A DNA stretch of 64,000 nucleotides from Victivallales bacterium. GTDB taxonomy: Bacteria; Verrucomicrobiota; Lentisphaeria; Victivallales; UBA1829. The notes beneath the pieces are model-generated. The model was not told the origin of the DNA and did no database searches. It was given only the letters and a program-made list of their open reading frames with translations. The DNA lies in NCBI GenBank assembly GCA_045592785.1, contig JAZNVL010000020.1, positions 9,872 through 73,871 of the forward strand. The letters run 5' to 3'. Below are positions 37,913 to 47,073 of this stretch, one piece after another; within the stretch, counting starts at the first letter, position 1; each line of letters begins with the position of its first letter. The position numbers and the translations under genes are program-made.

Positions 37913-38731
37913 ATGAACGACGCAGAGAAGATCCAATCCCTTCTGGAGCTGCTGGACAGCGACAATGAGCAATCCGCCGGGTATATCATGGCGGAACTGC
38001 TTCAGTCTGCACGCCCGGATCTGGTCAATCAGATGCTCTGCGATCTTCAGGAAACGCCCAACCGCAAACTGCGGAAACGGATCCATCAGCTGCAATCCGC
38101 CATCGGCGCAAGATATCTGCGTTATATGCTGGGACAATCCCTGCGTGACGGCTCGATCACGCTGCTGGATGGCGCGATCCGGCTTCATCTCTGCTGGTTC
38201 GACAATGACACGTTCGACAATGTGGCGGTACAATGGAACGAACTGTGCAGTGCATTTATGGATGCCGCGCCCGGCGATCTCCGGGAGTTCGCCGCTTTCA
38301 TGGTCGCTCAAAACTTCCGCTGTACAGACGGACGGGATGATCTGGAACCGGAATCCTATTGCATCGGATGTGTTCTGGATCACATGCCGGGATCCGATCT
38401 GATGCTTTCGCTCATCGTTTCCCAACTGACCGCGTACTCCGAAGAACCGTTGCAGATCGTGCGCCGCGGACTGGATTTCGCGGTCCGGGATGTGGATGGG
38501 AATCTGCTGCTCCCCGGCGAATACTGGCGTGTCATCCCGGGTGACGACTACACCCGTTCTCTGCCGGAAGTGTATGACGCGTCTGTTCTGCGTATGATCG
38601 CCGCCATGCTGTTCCAGGCAGCGGTCTCCTCCGACGGATTCCGTTACATGTATACCATCGGGACCGCGCTTGCTGCGGCATTGGGGAAAGACGATCTGAA
38701 ATTTCTGCCCTACCCTTACAACAACCGTTGA
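37913..38731 (+). CDS. hypothetical protein
   Basis: 272 aa, starting 9 nt after the exonuclease stop. Amino-acid composition looks normal, unlike the antisense ORF 37766..38881. No family recognised. Confidence 0.5.
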   Translation: MNDAEKIQSLLELLDSDNEQSAGYIMAELLQSARPDLVNQMLCDLQETPNRKLRKRIHQLQSAIGARYLRYMLGQSLRDGSITLLDGAIRLHLCWFDNDTFDNVAVQWNELCSAFMDAAPGDLREFAAFMVAQNFRCTDGRDDLEPESYCIGCVLDHMPGSDLMLSLIVSQLTAYSEEPLQIVRRGLDFAVRDVDGNLLLPGEYWRVIPGDDYTRSLPEVYDASVLRMIAAMLFQAAVSSDGFRYMYTIGTALAAALGKDDLKFLPYPYNNR

Positions 38732-38789
38732 TTGCGGTCTGTATCTGATCCGCAAGGCAGTGAAAATGTTTGATTGCCGGCACGACCAT

Positions 38790-40820
38790 TTATTGTCCGG
38801 CAGTATTCTGTTCTTTTTTGGGATCTCTGGTATACGACAATCCGATACGTTCTGCATATCCGGCTTTTTCAGACAGATCACTGTGATACAGATGCGGGTT
38901 TTTCAGACAGTCCGTTCGGGGCGTTTCGTTATGCCAGTCCATCAAAATTTCATATCCTTTACTGCGTAAATTATATACCCGGAAAGAAACATTGAATGTA
39001 AAAGAAAAACACAAAGGAAAGATCATGTATACCAGGAACCATATCAACGCTCTGTTTCTCATGAATCGATTCGGCAACATTGCAAGGATCGACGCGATCG
39101 CAGGAGTAAGCACGAGTACAGCCTCCATGTGTCTTTCGGCAAGCGCTTCGTTTCTTGTATAATTGACCATAAGCGCAAACAAAACGGACCACAGGATCAT
39201 TGCAAAAGCCGCCCCGTTTTCAGTAATGATCCGTTTTTTACAGGTAAAAACCGCAAACAGGAAGAAAATCACGGGAATCACATATAACAATGTCAGGAAG
39301 TCCCATACCTTCAAAGACATTCCTCTTGTTTGCAGTCTGAATGCACGGCTGAAACTGGTCTCGGCACATTCCATAAAACGACTCAGATCCGTTACAGGCT
39401 GCACTTCTCCCGGAATATAATCAATAAAGAATATTCCTGCCGCGAGACAAACAGTACTGACGACACCCAATGCGGAAATGGTGATCCGCTTCCGCTCACT
39501 CCAGTCGGCGCTCCAATAAAACAATGCTTCTCTGATACACCATGCCATCAGCAATATGATCGCGGGCAGCGGAGACATGGAAAAGATACTCAATATCGCA
39601 AACAGGCAAAAGAGTATCTTGTTTTTCAACGTTCTTTCTGCTACAAATCCATAATATGCAGCGGACATAAAAAACAACAACAGGAAGTGAAATTGACTTT
39701 GTCCTGCCCACAATAAATTTTCTGCCGCTAAATCCGAAAAAAACGGCAGAAAGAACAGAGGGAAATATGGTATGGTCTTTATGTTTTTCCAGAAAAGACG
39801 CATCACAGAAAAGACCATTGCCAGATACAGGAACCAGTTGAACAATATCATCTGTCTGAAATCCAGACCGTTCAGCCAGTAACCAAGATAAAACTGAAGT
39901 CTTGTAAATATGATCCGATGCTGTACATGAACCGAAACAATATTTTCCCAACTGAATTTTTCAAGTGCGGAGATATAATCCCATTCATCCCAATATGGTA
40001 CATTCATTGCATACTTGTGAACATTGAAAAAATTCCAGCACATTGCCAGAAAAAGAACCGTCCATGCTGTGATCGATATCAGACGGTGATATTTGGGGAC
40101 ACTGGCATCTGCTTTTGGGGCGGCGGACAATGCCGCGAAATACCAACGCAGATACAGAGGAAGCCATTTCCATAATTTGAAATTCGATTTCCCATCTGTC
40201 CGGTCACGCCATGTCGTCGGGACTTCCACGACCTTATATCCCAATTCCCACGCTTTCACCACAAGTTCTATGCCGAGTTCGAACCCGCCGGTACTTTCGA
40301 TTTTCACCTGCTCTAAAAAACGTTTCCGGTATAACTTGAAGCTGTTGGTCGGGTCATGAGTCGGGAACCCGACCAGAGCATGCAGTGACAATCCGGCGCA
40401 ACGGGACATCAGCCCCTTCAACAGCGGGCCGCCGATCTGCCGTCCGCCGCGCATATATCGTGAAGCACAAACGATATCCGCCTGTTCACGATCGGCTTTT
40501 TCAATCATATCATTCATGACTTCCGGGGGATCGGAAAGATCCGCCATGGTAACGATGACATATTCCGTATCCGCACTTTCGAGTCCGCTTTTGATCGCAT
40601 TCAAAGCACCGCGTCCGTATTTATTGCGGAGCCTTGCCACTTTTATATCCAGGATTTTTTCCGCCTCATCCAATGCAGGAAGAGTAGTATCTTCTTCAGA
40701 ATCATAAACAACAGTGATCTTATATTCTGCTTTGACCTCATTTTTTATGGCAGTCAAACAGTGGATGATGTTTTCCCCCTCATTGTAAACGGGAATAACA
40801 ATAGTGACTTTATCGTACAT
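38790..40820 (-). CDS. GT2 (polyprenol-phosphate sugar synthase-like) glycosyltransferase fused to a large polytopic membrane domain
   Basis: The N-terminal ~235 aa carry TIVIPVYNEGENI...VVYDSEEDTT...VTMADLSDPP (DPM1/GtrB-like GT-A). The C-terminal ~440 aa form 10 or more hydrophobic helices. The first loop carries PYWDEWDY. Confidence 0.75.
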   Translation of the reverse strand: MYDKVTIVIPVYNEGENIIHCLTAIKNEVKAEYKITVVYDSEEDTTLPALDEAEKILDIKVARLRNKYGRGALNAIKSGLESADTEYVIVTMADLSDPPEVMNDMIEKADREQADIVCASRYMRGGRQIGGPLLKGLMSRCAGLSLHALVGFPTHDPTNSFKLYRKRFLEQVKIESTGGFELGIELVVKAWELGYKVVEVPTTWRDRTDGKSNFKLWKWLPLYLRWYFAALSAAPKADASVPKYHRLISITAWTVLFLAMCWNFFNVHKYAMNVPYWDEWDYISALEKFSWENIVSVHVQHRIIFTRLQFYLGYWLNGLDFRQMILFNWFLYLAMVFSVMRLFWKNIKTIPYFPLFFLPFFSDLAAENLLWAGQSQFHFLLLFFMSAAYYGFVAERTLKNKILFCLFAILSIFSMSPLPAIILLMAWCIREALFYWSADWSERKRITISALGVVSTVCLAAGIFFIDYIPGEVQPVTDLSRFMECAETSFSRAFRLQTRGMSLKVWDFLTLLYVIPVIFFLFAVFTCKKRIITENGAAFAMILWSVLFALMVNYTRNEALAERHMEAVLVLTPAIASILAMLPNRFMRNRALIWFLVYMIFPLCFSFTFNVSFRVYNLRSKGYEILMDWHNETPRTDCLKNPHLYHSDLSEKAGYAERIGLSYTRDPKKEQNTAGQ

Positions 40821-41508
40821 CTATACCCTTCTCCATTTCAAACACAAATAAGGTTTGCTTACCAAACAGGAATCCGGAAAAAGGCATCAAGAACAAATAA
40901 AGTTTGATCAACCACGGCCATTTAAGCATCTTTGAACAGGTAGAGTAAGGAAGGAAACGTACTATCAGCTTTTTAAGGGTCAAATCATTCAAAGAGGCAA
41001 CTTCCAACATCCGCGGGACATTCACTGGCAATTTATGATCAATAAAATTCCAGTATTTTGTATTCAGCAAATCAATATTAGGTTGAAGCACGATCAGTAT
41101 CCCGTCCCGGTTCAGGATCTTTCTGATCTGTGCGACACAATGCAACAATTCTTCCGGCGAATTTAAGTGTTCAAAAAAATTAGAAACGAATACGACATCG
41201 TACTTTTCAGTAACAAGAGATGACACATCCAGAGCAGAAGCACAGATGGTATCGACATCCGGATTTGCACACCTGGAGATATCCGAATTGAGATCGATCG
41301 CTGTTTTTTTTCCGGCAGTCCTGACATTATTGATAAACTCACAGGAGCCGGCAGCAAAATCTAAAATTGAAAAATCCTTTTTTCCGGTCAATTTAAAAAT
41401 CAAATCGGAAAAAAAATCTCCTAAAACGTTCCAGACTTTTTCTTTGACGATCTGCTCTTTATCTTGAAAGCGATTGCGATAAATATTTTTAAGGTGTGCC
41501 CCATCCAT
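40810..41508 (-). CDS. class I SAM-dependent methyltransferase
   Basis: Motif I is ILDFAAGSCEF, the post-I acidic residue lies in AIDLN, and YDVVFVSNFFEHL is present. There is an 11-nt overlap with the downstream GT2-fusion gene. Confidence 0.7.
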   Translation of the reverse strand: MDGAHLKNIYRNRFQDKEQIVKEKVWNVLGDFFSDLIFKLTGKKDFSILDFAAGSCEFINNVRTAGKKTAIDLNSDISRCANPDVDTICASALDVSSLVTEKYDVVFVSNFFEHLNSPEELLHCVAQIRKILNRDGILIVLQPNIDLLNTKYWNFIDHKLPVNVPRMLEVASLNDLTLKKLIVRFLPYSTCSKMLKWPWLIKLYLFLMPFSGFLFGKQTLFVFEMEKGIDVR

Positions 41509-41511
41509 TAT

Positions 41512-42534
41512 TCAAATCCCTCCCATGCGCACCTGTTCCACGATCCAGGGAATCACTTCATCCAGAATTGCATCCAGCGATGTATCAGCTTGAAACCCGA
41601 GAAGACGTTCCGCCTTGGAAACATCGGGGACCCGTTTCTGCACGTCATACATAAACGGTTCATCGGAAACATAACGGAACGGCTTGCTGTCACCATGGAT
41701 TTTTTTCCAGATCATATCTGCCAGTTCGATGACCGAAGTGGAAACGGGCGTGGAAAGATTAAAATCCTGATTGACAGCAGCATCGTTCTCGATACATAAT
41801 CTGATACCTCTTGCCAGATCGCCGCCGTATGTGTAGTGGCGGATCTGATTACCGGATCCGAGGATGTGCAGGGGGTCCTGCCCTTTGACGATTTTCTGAA
41901 CGAGATCGGGTACGACATGGCTCATTGCCAGTTTTATATTACCGCTTGCGATTTCATGATCACAGAGTGCTCTTTTTTCGCCTGTACCGACGCAATTGAA
42001 CGGTCTGATCACGGTGTAAGGCAATTTGTATTGTTCCCATGCGCCCTGGGCGAAATATTCACATGCCAGTTTCTGGAAACCGTACGTTGATAACGGCGGG
42101 GGACATTTATGTTCGTCCCCCTCTTTACTGGGGAAAGTCGATGCGCTTTCGAATACCATACTTGAACTCAGCACATTGATCTTTTTCATTTTTCCATGTT
42201 TTTTCGCGATGATGGCGGCATCAAAGGAAGCGGCAATGATCCGTTCATTTTCCGCCAGCAGATCATAAGCGAATTCATGAAAATAGGAAATCCCGCCGAT
42301 CATTGCAGCGGCACAAAGCATCTGGTCACATTCAACAGCAAGCTCATTCATCAATGCCGCATTTTTCACATCGCCCTCCACAAAATGATAGCGGGGATGC
42401 GAATCATAAGATTTTTCGACTTTTCCATACTTGGAGAAATTGTCGATCCCGTATACATGATGTCCGTGATTCAACAATTCTTCCACAAGATAACCGCAAA
42501 TAAAACCTGCCGATCCGGTAACGAGAATGTTCAT
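41512..42534 (-). CDS. NAD-dependent epimerase/dehydratase (extended SDR)
   Basis: It has MNILVTGSAGFICGYL (GxxGxxG) and YGFQKLACE (YxxxK), and is 340 aa. Confidence 0.8.
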   Translation of the reverse strand: MNILVTGSAGFICGYLVEELLNHGHHVYGIDNFSKYGKVEKSYDSHPRYHFVEGDVKNAALMNELAVECDQMLCAAAMIGGISYFHEFAYDLLAENERIIAASFDAAIIAKKHGKMKKINVLSSSMVFESASTFPSKEGDEHKCPPPLSTYGFQKLACEYFAQGAWEQYKLPYTVIRPFNCVGTGEKRALCDHEIASGNIKLAMSHVVPDLVQKIVKGQDPLHILGSGNQIRHYTYGGDLARGIRLCIENDAAVNQDFNLSTPVSTSVIELADMIWKKIHGDSKPFRYVSDEPFMYDVQKRVPDVSKAERLLGFQADTSLDAILDEVIPWIVEQVRMGGI

Positions 42535-42544
42535 TTTATTTTCC

Positions 42545-43726
42545 TCAATTATTTACTTTATTCCATAAGCCCCAGCAATCAATAAAAGGAACATCGATTT
42601 TCAGTCCCCGGTATTCATCATGAGGCACGCCCAGTATAATTCCTTCCGCCGCTTTCAATGCGTCATCCAGTGATACGCTGTCAGAAAGATAAGGATCGGA
42701 TTCGATCACATCTGCCATTTCGATCTCAAGCAATTTCTTCAACTTGAATGACAATGATTCCCGGGTATCATCATTGTTCGCTTTGAAAGTCATTCCCAGA
42801 ATCGCGATCTTTTTACCACAAAGTGACCCGTTCATCTTTTGCTTCATGTTTTTTACAAGATGATCCGGCAATCCTTCGTTGACCAGCATAGCTGCATGAC
42901 CAAGGAAAAAATTATTGTGATAAAAAGCAGCCAGCTGCATGGTATCTTTGAAAAGACAGGGACCGGCGGCGAGCCCGGGTTTTGCAAAAAACTTTGCACG
43001 GGGATATCCCGCGGTCATTGCTTCATATACCCGGTCAAAATCCACGCCGGAATCATTTGCCATCATATAAAACTGATTGGCGATCGCAAAATTCATATAA
43101 CGCCACGAGTTCGTCATAAGTTTTGCCAATTCGGCTTCTTCCGGCGTTGTACGGATAACCTGTGCGGTCAAATTCAAAAACAGTTCCTCCGCCGCAAGAA
43201 CGGAATCTTCGTCCACCCCGGAAACGATCTGGGGAAGTTGAAATATTTCTTCGATCCCCTTTCCCTGCAGAATACGTTCCGGACAAAATGCCAGTCCGGG
43301 ATGCAAACCGTTCCGGTTCAAATGTTCCTGAATGATACGCAATGTTCCCGGAAACAGAGTGCTTCTCATGATCAGAAGCTGTCCGTTTGACAGACAGGAT
43401 TCATATTCCGCGATCCCGGCAACGACATCGCGCACTTTGGGATTCAAATGTTCATCGACCGGTGTCCCGATCACAAAAAACACGATCTCTGCATTTCGGA
43501 TAAAATTGCGATCCTGGGATGCACGCAGATTTTTACCGATATGCTTTTGCAGGATCACATCGGCACCCATCTCAACAAAGGGCAACTCGCCACGATTGAT
43601 CATTTCGATATTCGTCAGATTTTTATCAAACAAAGTAACGTCAAAATCTTTCGATGCAAAAGCCAGTCCCAACGGTATACCGACATGACCGCAACCGCCT
43701 ATTATGGCAATCTTCTTATGTTTCAT
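42545..43726 (-). CDS. nucleotide-sugar dehydrogenase (UDP-glucose/GDP-mannose dehydrogenase family)
   Basis: Start at MKHKKIAIIGGCGHVGIPLG, with GGAGAG upstream. It has ...FCPERI... and GLAAGPCLFKD, which contains the catalytic Cys region. Confidence 0.8.
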   Translation of the reverse strand: MKHKKIAIIGGCGHVGIPLGLAFASKDFDVTLFDKNLTNIEMINRGELPFVEMGADVILQKHIGKNLRASQDRNFIRNAEIVFFVIGTPVDEHLNPKVRDVVAGIAEYESCLSNGQLLIMRSTLFPGTLRIIQEHLNRNGLHPGLAFCPERILQGKGIEEIFQLPQIVSGVDEDSVLAAEELFLNLTAQVIRTTPEEAELAKLMTNSWRYMNFAIANQFYMMANDSGVDFDRVYEAMTAGYPRAKFFAKPGLAAGPCLFKDTMQLAAFYHNNFFLGHAAMLVNEGLPDHLVKNMKQKMNGSLCGKKIAILGMTFKANNDDTRESLSFKLKKLLEIEMADVIESDPYLSDSVSLDDALKAAEGIILGVPHDEYRGLKIDVPFIDCWGLWNKVNN

Positions 43727-43758
43727 TGTTCTGCTCTCCATGAAAAGCTTTATTTTCA

Positions 43759-43787
43759 GCGTTATTGCATGAAAAACGCAATAACGC
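43759..43787. other. perfect 10-bp hairpin between GT2 and dehydrogenase genes
   Basis: The stem is gcgttattgc (43759-68) / gcaataacgc (43778-87) with a 9-nt loop. The T-rich tract (atttcatttttt) lies on the plus-strand side only. Confidence 0.3.
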
Positions 43788-43903
43788 ATTTCATTTTTTG
43801 CATGCCAGAGGATCAAACATACAGCGAACGATATTCCGTAAATATATCACGTCTTTTTACAAAGTCAACCTGCACAAAAAAAATAATCTAATATCGGGAA
43901 ACA

Positions 43904-44899
43904 CTATTTTCTCTGCTCTCTTATTTCCGATGCCAGGAAATCCCGAATGAAAGAACGCAATCCTGTTCCACGGGAAAAATACACTGGTCCGTAAATCAAA
44001 AGAAAAAACCATCTGACAAAACGATTTTTGCGTAATATTTTTGCCCGGATAGAATAGAAGATATAAGAGTTTTTCACCATCCGGAAATTAGGATTATCGG
44101 AATGGGATTGTGCAAATTTATAAAACTCACCCAGCAATGTTTCAATACGGAAAATATCGTCCGATGACTTGCATATATTTTGGAAACGGGACCACAGTGT
44201 TTGATTATTTTCACGGAGAAAAGGAGTTACCGCATTGGTTGAATGGACCCGGAATTGAGTAAAAACTTTATTGATGAAGCGGAATGAACCAAAATAAATT
44301 CCGACCAATGCGATCCAATAGTCATGATAAGTATAGATATCGGTGATCTGCAGAAACAGTGGGAGGAAACTGCGCCGGATCGCCATATTATGTCCGGAAA
44401 ACAGGATCGTGGAATTCAATATGTATTGTATTCCGCCGCCGGCATTGATCTCTGCTGTTTTTTGCGGTAGATCAGAAACCCAATCCAGCACTGTACGGTT
44501 ATATGGTTTCCGTTCCGCATCCACCATTTCACTTTCGCAGGCAACGACCTCAACATCCGGATTCTGTTCCAGATAACCGGAGAGAAATTCGATCTTCCCG
44601 GGCAGCCATACGTCATCCTGATCGCAGAAAAAGATCATGTCTCCGGTCGCCTCCCGCGCCAGATTCACAAAGTTTTGCAGAAAACCGCGTCGGGGTTCGT
44701 TTTTGATATAACGCAATTCACCCTTGTATTCGTGTTTCACCGATTCGATTGCAAGATGGGTGGCATCATCGGCGGAATCATCCCCGATAACGATCTCATC
44801 CGGCGGACGCGTTTGAGTGAACAGGCTTTTCAACTGTTCCCCGATATAGGCTTCCCCGTGATAGGCGGCAAGGATGACCGAGATCTTATAAGGCTTCAT
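43904..44899 (-). CDS. glycosyltransferase family 2
   Basis: It has MKPYKISVILAAYHGEAYIGEQLKSL and ...FCDQDDVW (a DxD-type motif). The ATG at 44899 is preferred over the track TTG at 44917. Confidence 0.8.
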   Translation of the reverse strand: MKPYKISVILAAYHGEAYIGEQLKSLFTQTRPPDEIVIGDDSADDATHLAIESVKHEYKGELRYIKNEPRRGFLQNFVNLAREATGDMIFFCDQDDVWLPGKIEFLSGYLEQNPDVEVVACESEMVDAERKPYNRTVLDWVSDLPQKTAEINAGGGIQYILNSTILFSGHNMAIRRSFLPLFLQITDIYTYHDYWIALVGIYFGSFRFINKVFTQFRVHSTNAVTPFLRENNQTLWSRFQNICKSSDDIFRIETLLGEFYKFAQSHSDNPNFRMVKNSYIFYSIRAKILRKNRFVRWFFLLIYGPVYFSRGTGLRSFIRDFLASEIREQRK

Positions 44900-44913
44900 A
44901 AATATATCCGTCT

Positions 44914-46074
44914 TCAAATTTTATTCAGGTTGTCTTTTATGACGTCAAAAGCATCTTTAACGCTGATTGCTTTCAAACATTCGCGTTCCTGATTCTCATC
45001 CGTCTGCCCGGCATAAATGCAATTATTCTGGCAGGGATAACAGGGTAAATGGGGGCATATATATTTGTGGTTACTGTAATACTTATTGGGCATAAAAAAT
45101 CCAAAAAAACCGCCGTGCAGCAGAACGAAAGTCAAAATATTATACATTCCTGCCAGATTGGCTCCGCCGGAATCATTGCACACGACAAATGAAGCTGACC
45201 GGCACCATGAAAACAGTGTTTTCAAATCTGTAGAACCGCAACGCGGCAAAACATTCCCGGTGCATCCCTGCAACGCCTTCATGATTTGCGCCTCATATTC
45301 TTTATCCGCTTTTGATCCCATGATCACAGCGGTATATTCCGGAAACTCATTGCGAATTTGCGCAATCAACTCTGCAAACTTTTCCCGTCCCCAGCACTTA
45401 AATGCAGCCGCTGCCCCGGGAAATACAAGATAGTATTTTCCCGTGCAGGGTGGTGGCACCCCGATTTCATCAAAGATTTGATAAAAATCAGGAGATTCAT
45501 ATTTTGATTTTTGCCCGGTTATTTTCTGAAAGACTTCTTCCAGTTGATCATGAATGGAACGGTTGTACATTATTCGATATGTGTAATCATACCGGCGTTT
45601 GTAAAAATCAAAGAAGAACGGTACTTCGCTCCAATCGCCGATAAACCGATGTGACTCTTTCGCAAACAGAAAAATTTCCAAAAAGCATAGAGCGATCGGA
45701 GAACTGACCAGCGAAATCATGGTTTGTATCGGATATCGATAAAAATCAAGCAGAACATTCATCCGGTATCGCAAATCTGTTTGCACTTTTTGAACAAGAA
45801 TGGGATAAACTTTATCGCAGGGTACTGATTTTTCAATCACCCATTGCAACGGGGCATCCACTACAATTGCCACGCGATACCCCTTTTGTTGGTAACAGGC
45901 TGTAAAATGACGTAAGACAGAAATCGAAGCAAGCAAATCCCCCAGATGGTCTGTCCGAAACAAAAAAACCCATTTTTCTTTGTTTTTTCTGCGTTTGAAA
46001 GCCATCAAAAAAAAACAAAACGTAAAAAATATTTTCTGAATATAATATTTCATTAAAAATGGAACGTTTTTCAT
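44914..46074 (-). CDS. glycosyltransferase family 9 (heptosyltransferase-like)
   Basis: It has ...VFPGAAAAFKCWGREKF..., VVCNDSGGANLAG and a Cys-rich C-terminus. The start at 46074 forms an ATGA overlap with the upstream GT9 stop. The gene is AT-rich. Confidence 0.7.
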   Translation of the reverse strand: MKNVPFLMKYYIQKIFFTFCFFLMAFKRRKNKEKWVFLFRTDHLGDLLASISVLRHFTACYQQKGYRVAIVVDAPLQWVIEKSVPCDKVYPILVQKVQTDLRYRMNVLLDFYRYPIQTMISLVSSPIALCFLEIFLFAKESHRFIGDWSEVPFFFDFYKRRYDYTYRIMYNRSIHDQLEEVFQKITGQKSKYESPDFYQIFDEIGVPPPCTGKYYLVFPGAAAAFKCWGREKFAELIAQIRNEFPEYTAVIMGSKADKEYEAQIMKALQGCTGNVLPRCGSTDLKTLFSWCRSASFVVCNDSGGANLAGMYNILTFVLLHGGFFGFFMPNKYYSNHKYICPHLPCYPCQNNCIYAGQTDENQERECLKAISVKDAFDVIKDNLNKI

Positions 46075-47057
46075 TTCATCTCCGTTGGATTCAACCATTG
46101 CTCGATTTCGTCCCGTATGCGATCCGGTGAATGCCCTGTCATACAAGGGGCGGGATCCCCTTTCGGGCAGATACGTTCTTTGCAGCCGGCGCAGGCGATC
46201 TCATGACGGAAGACAAGGTGTCCGTCTCCCATGGGATGCCACATGTGTGGCGGCACGTTATGGGCAGATCCGATCACGGCACAGGGGATTCCCGCCGCCG
46301 CCGCAAGATGGAGACTGCCCGTATCATTCCCGATATAACAACGGCATTGCCGCAGAAATGCGATCGTCTCCCGGAGAGTCCCGCGGAAGAGAATGCCGCC
46401 GCATATTTTCTGCATCCGTTCCATTGCCGGAAGATCGGCTTCCCCGCCCAGCCACACCGGAGTGAAAGAACCGTTTTTCTTCAAATCCGTGATCAATGCT
46501 TCGTACCGTTCCAGCGGGTAACGGCATGCCTGCTGATTCCCGCCGATCCCGAAGGCGAATAACGGGTTTTCAAGCGAAGCCGCAGCACGGCTGCCCTGTT
46601 CCAGTTCTTCCGGTGTCAGGGGAAACGTATATTCTTCTTCGGGCAGATCCAGTGCGCGAAAGTACGCCCGCCACAGCGGAATATCGCCCATTTCCGGCGT
46701 AAGAAATGCGTGATGGATCGTCCCGCCGCAGAACATGCGGAAACATTTCGTCAATACCCGGGGGACATCCGGCGAAAAACAATAAAGGGCATCGTATTTC
46801 TCCCGTCTGACCGCCCGGAGGAAGTCGAAGTACAGCTGCAGTTTTCCCCATTTGTTTTCCGGCGGAAGCAGAAAGGTTTTGTGTTCAAACAGGTCGTCAT
46901 TGCCATAAAGTTCTGCATGGACCCGGTTGCGGACGATGGAAAGGTTCAACAAATCGAAACGGCAATCGGGGTATTGCTTTTTGAGTGCGGCAAAGGACGG
47001 CATTGCCACGAGGGTATCGCCGATACTGCCCACATGATACACAAGACACCGTTTCAT
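46071..47057 (-). CDS. glycosyltransferase family 9 (heptosyltransferase-like)
   Basis: It has LVYHVGSIGDTLVAMPSFAALKKQYP and YIGNDTGSLHLAAAAGIPCAVI, plus the C-terminal CAGC...CP...PCM. The gene is GC-rich like the flanks. Confidence 0.8.
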   Translation of the reverse strand: MKRCLVYHVGSIGDTLVAMPSFAALKKQYPDCRFDLLNLSIVRNRVHAELYGNDDLFEHKTFLLPPENKWGKLQLYFDFLRAVRREKYDALYCFSPDVPRVLTKCFRMFCGGTIHHAFLTPEMGDIPLWRAYFRALDLPEEEYTFPLTPEELEQGSRAAASLENPLFAFGIGGNQQACRYPLERYEALITDLKKNGSFTPVWLGGEADLPAMERMQKICGGILFRGTLRETIAFLRQCRCYIGNDTGSLHLAAAAGIPCAVIGSAHNVPPHMWHPMGDGHLVFRHEIACAGCKERICPKGDPAPCMTGHSPDRIRDEIEQWLNPTEMK

Positions 47058-47073
47058 ATTCCGTCATCGACCT

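Noticed and set aside
37766-38881. 371-aa minus-strand ORF overlapping the exonuclease 3' end and the hypothetical gene
   Set aside because: It is R/Q/H-rich and antisense-like. It would overlap two well-formed plus-strand genes and the 3' end of the convergent GT2-fusion gene.
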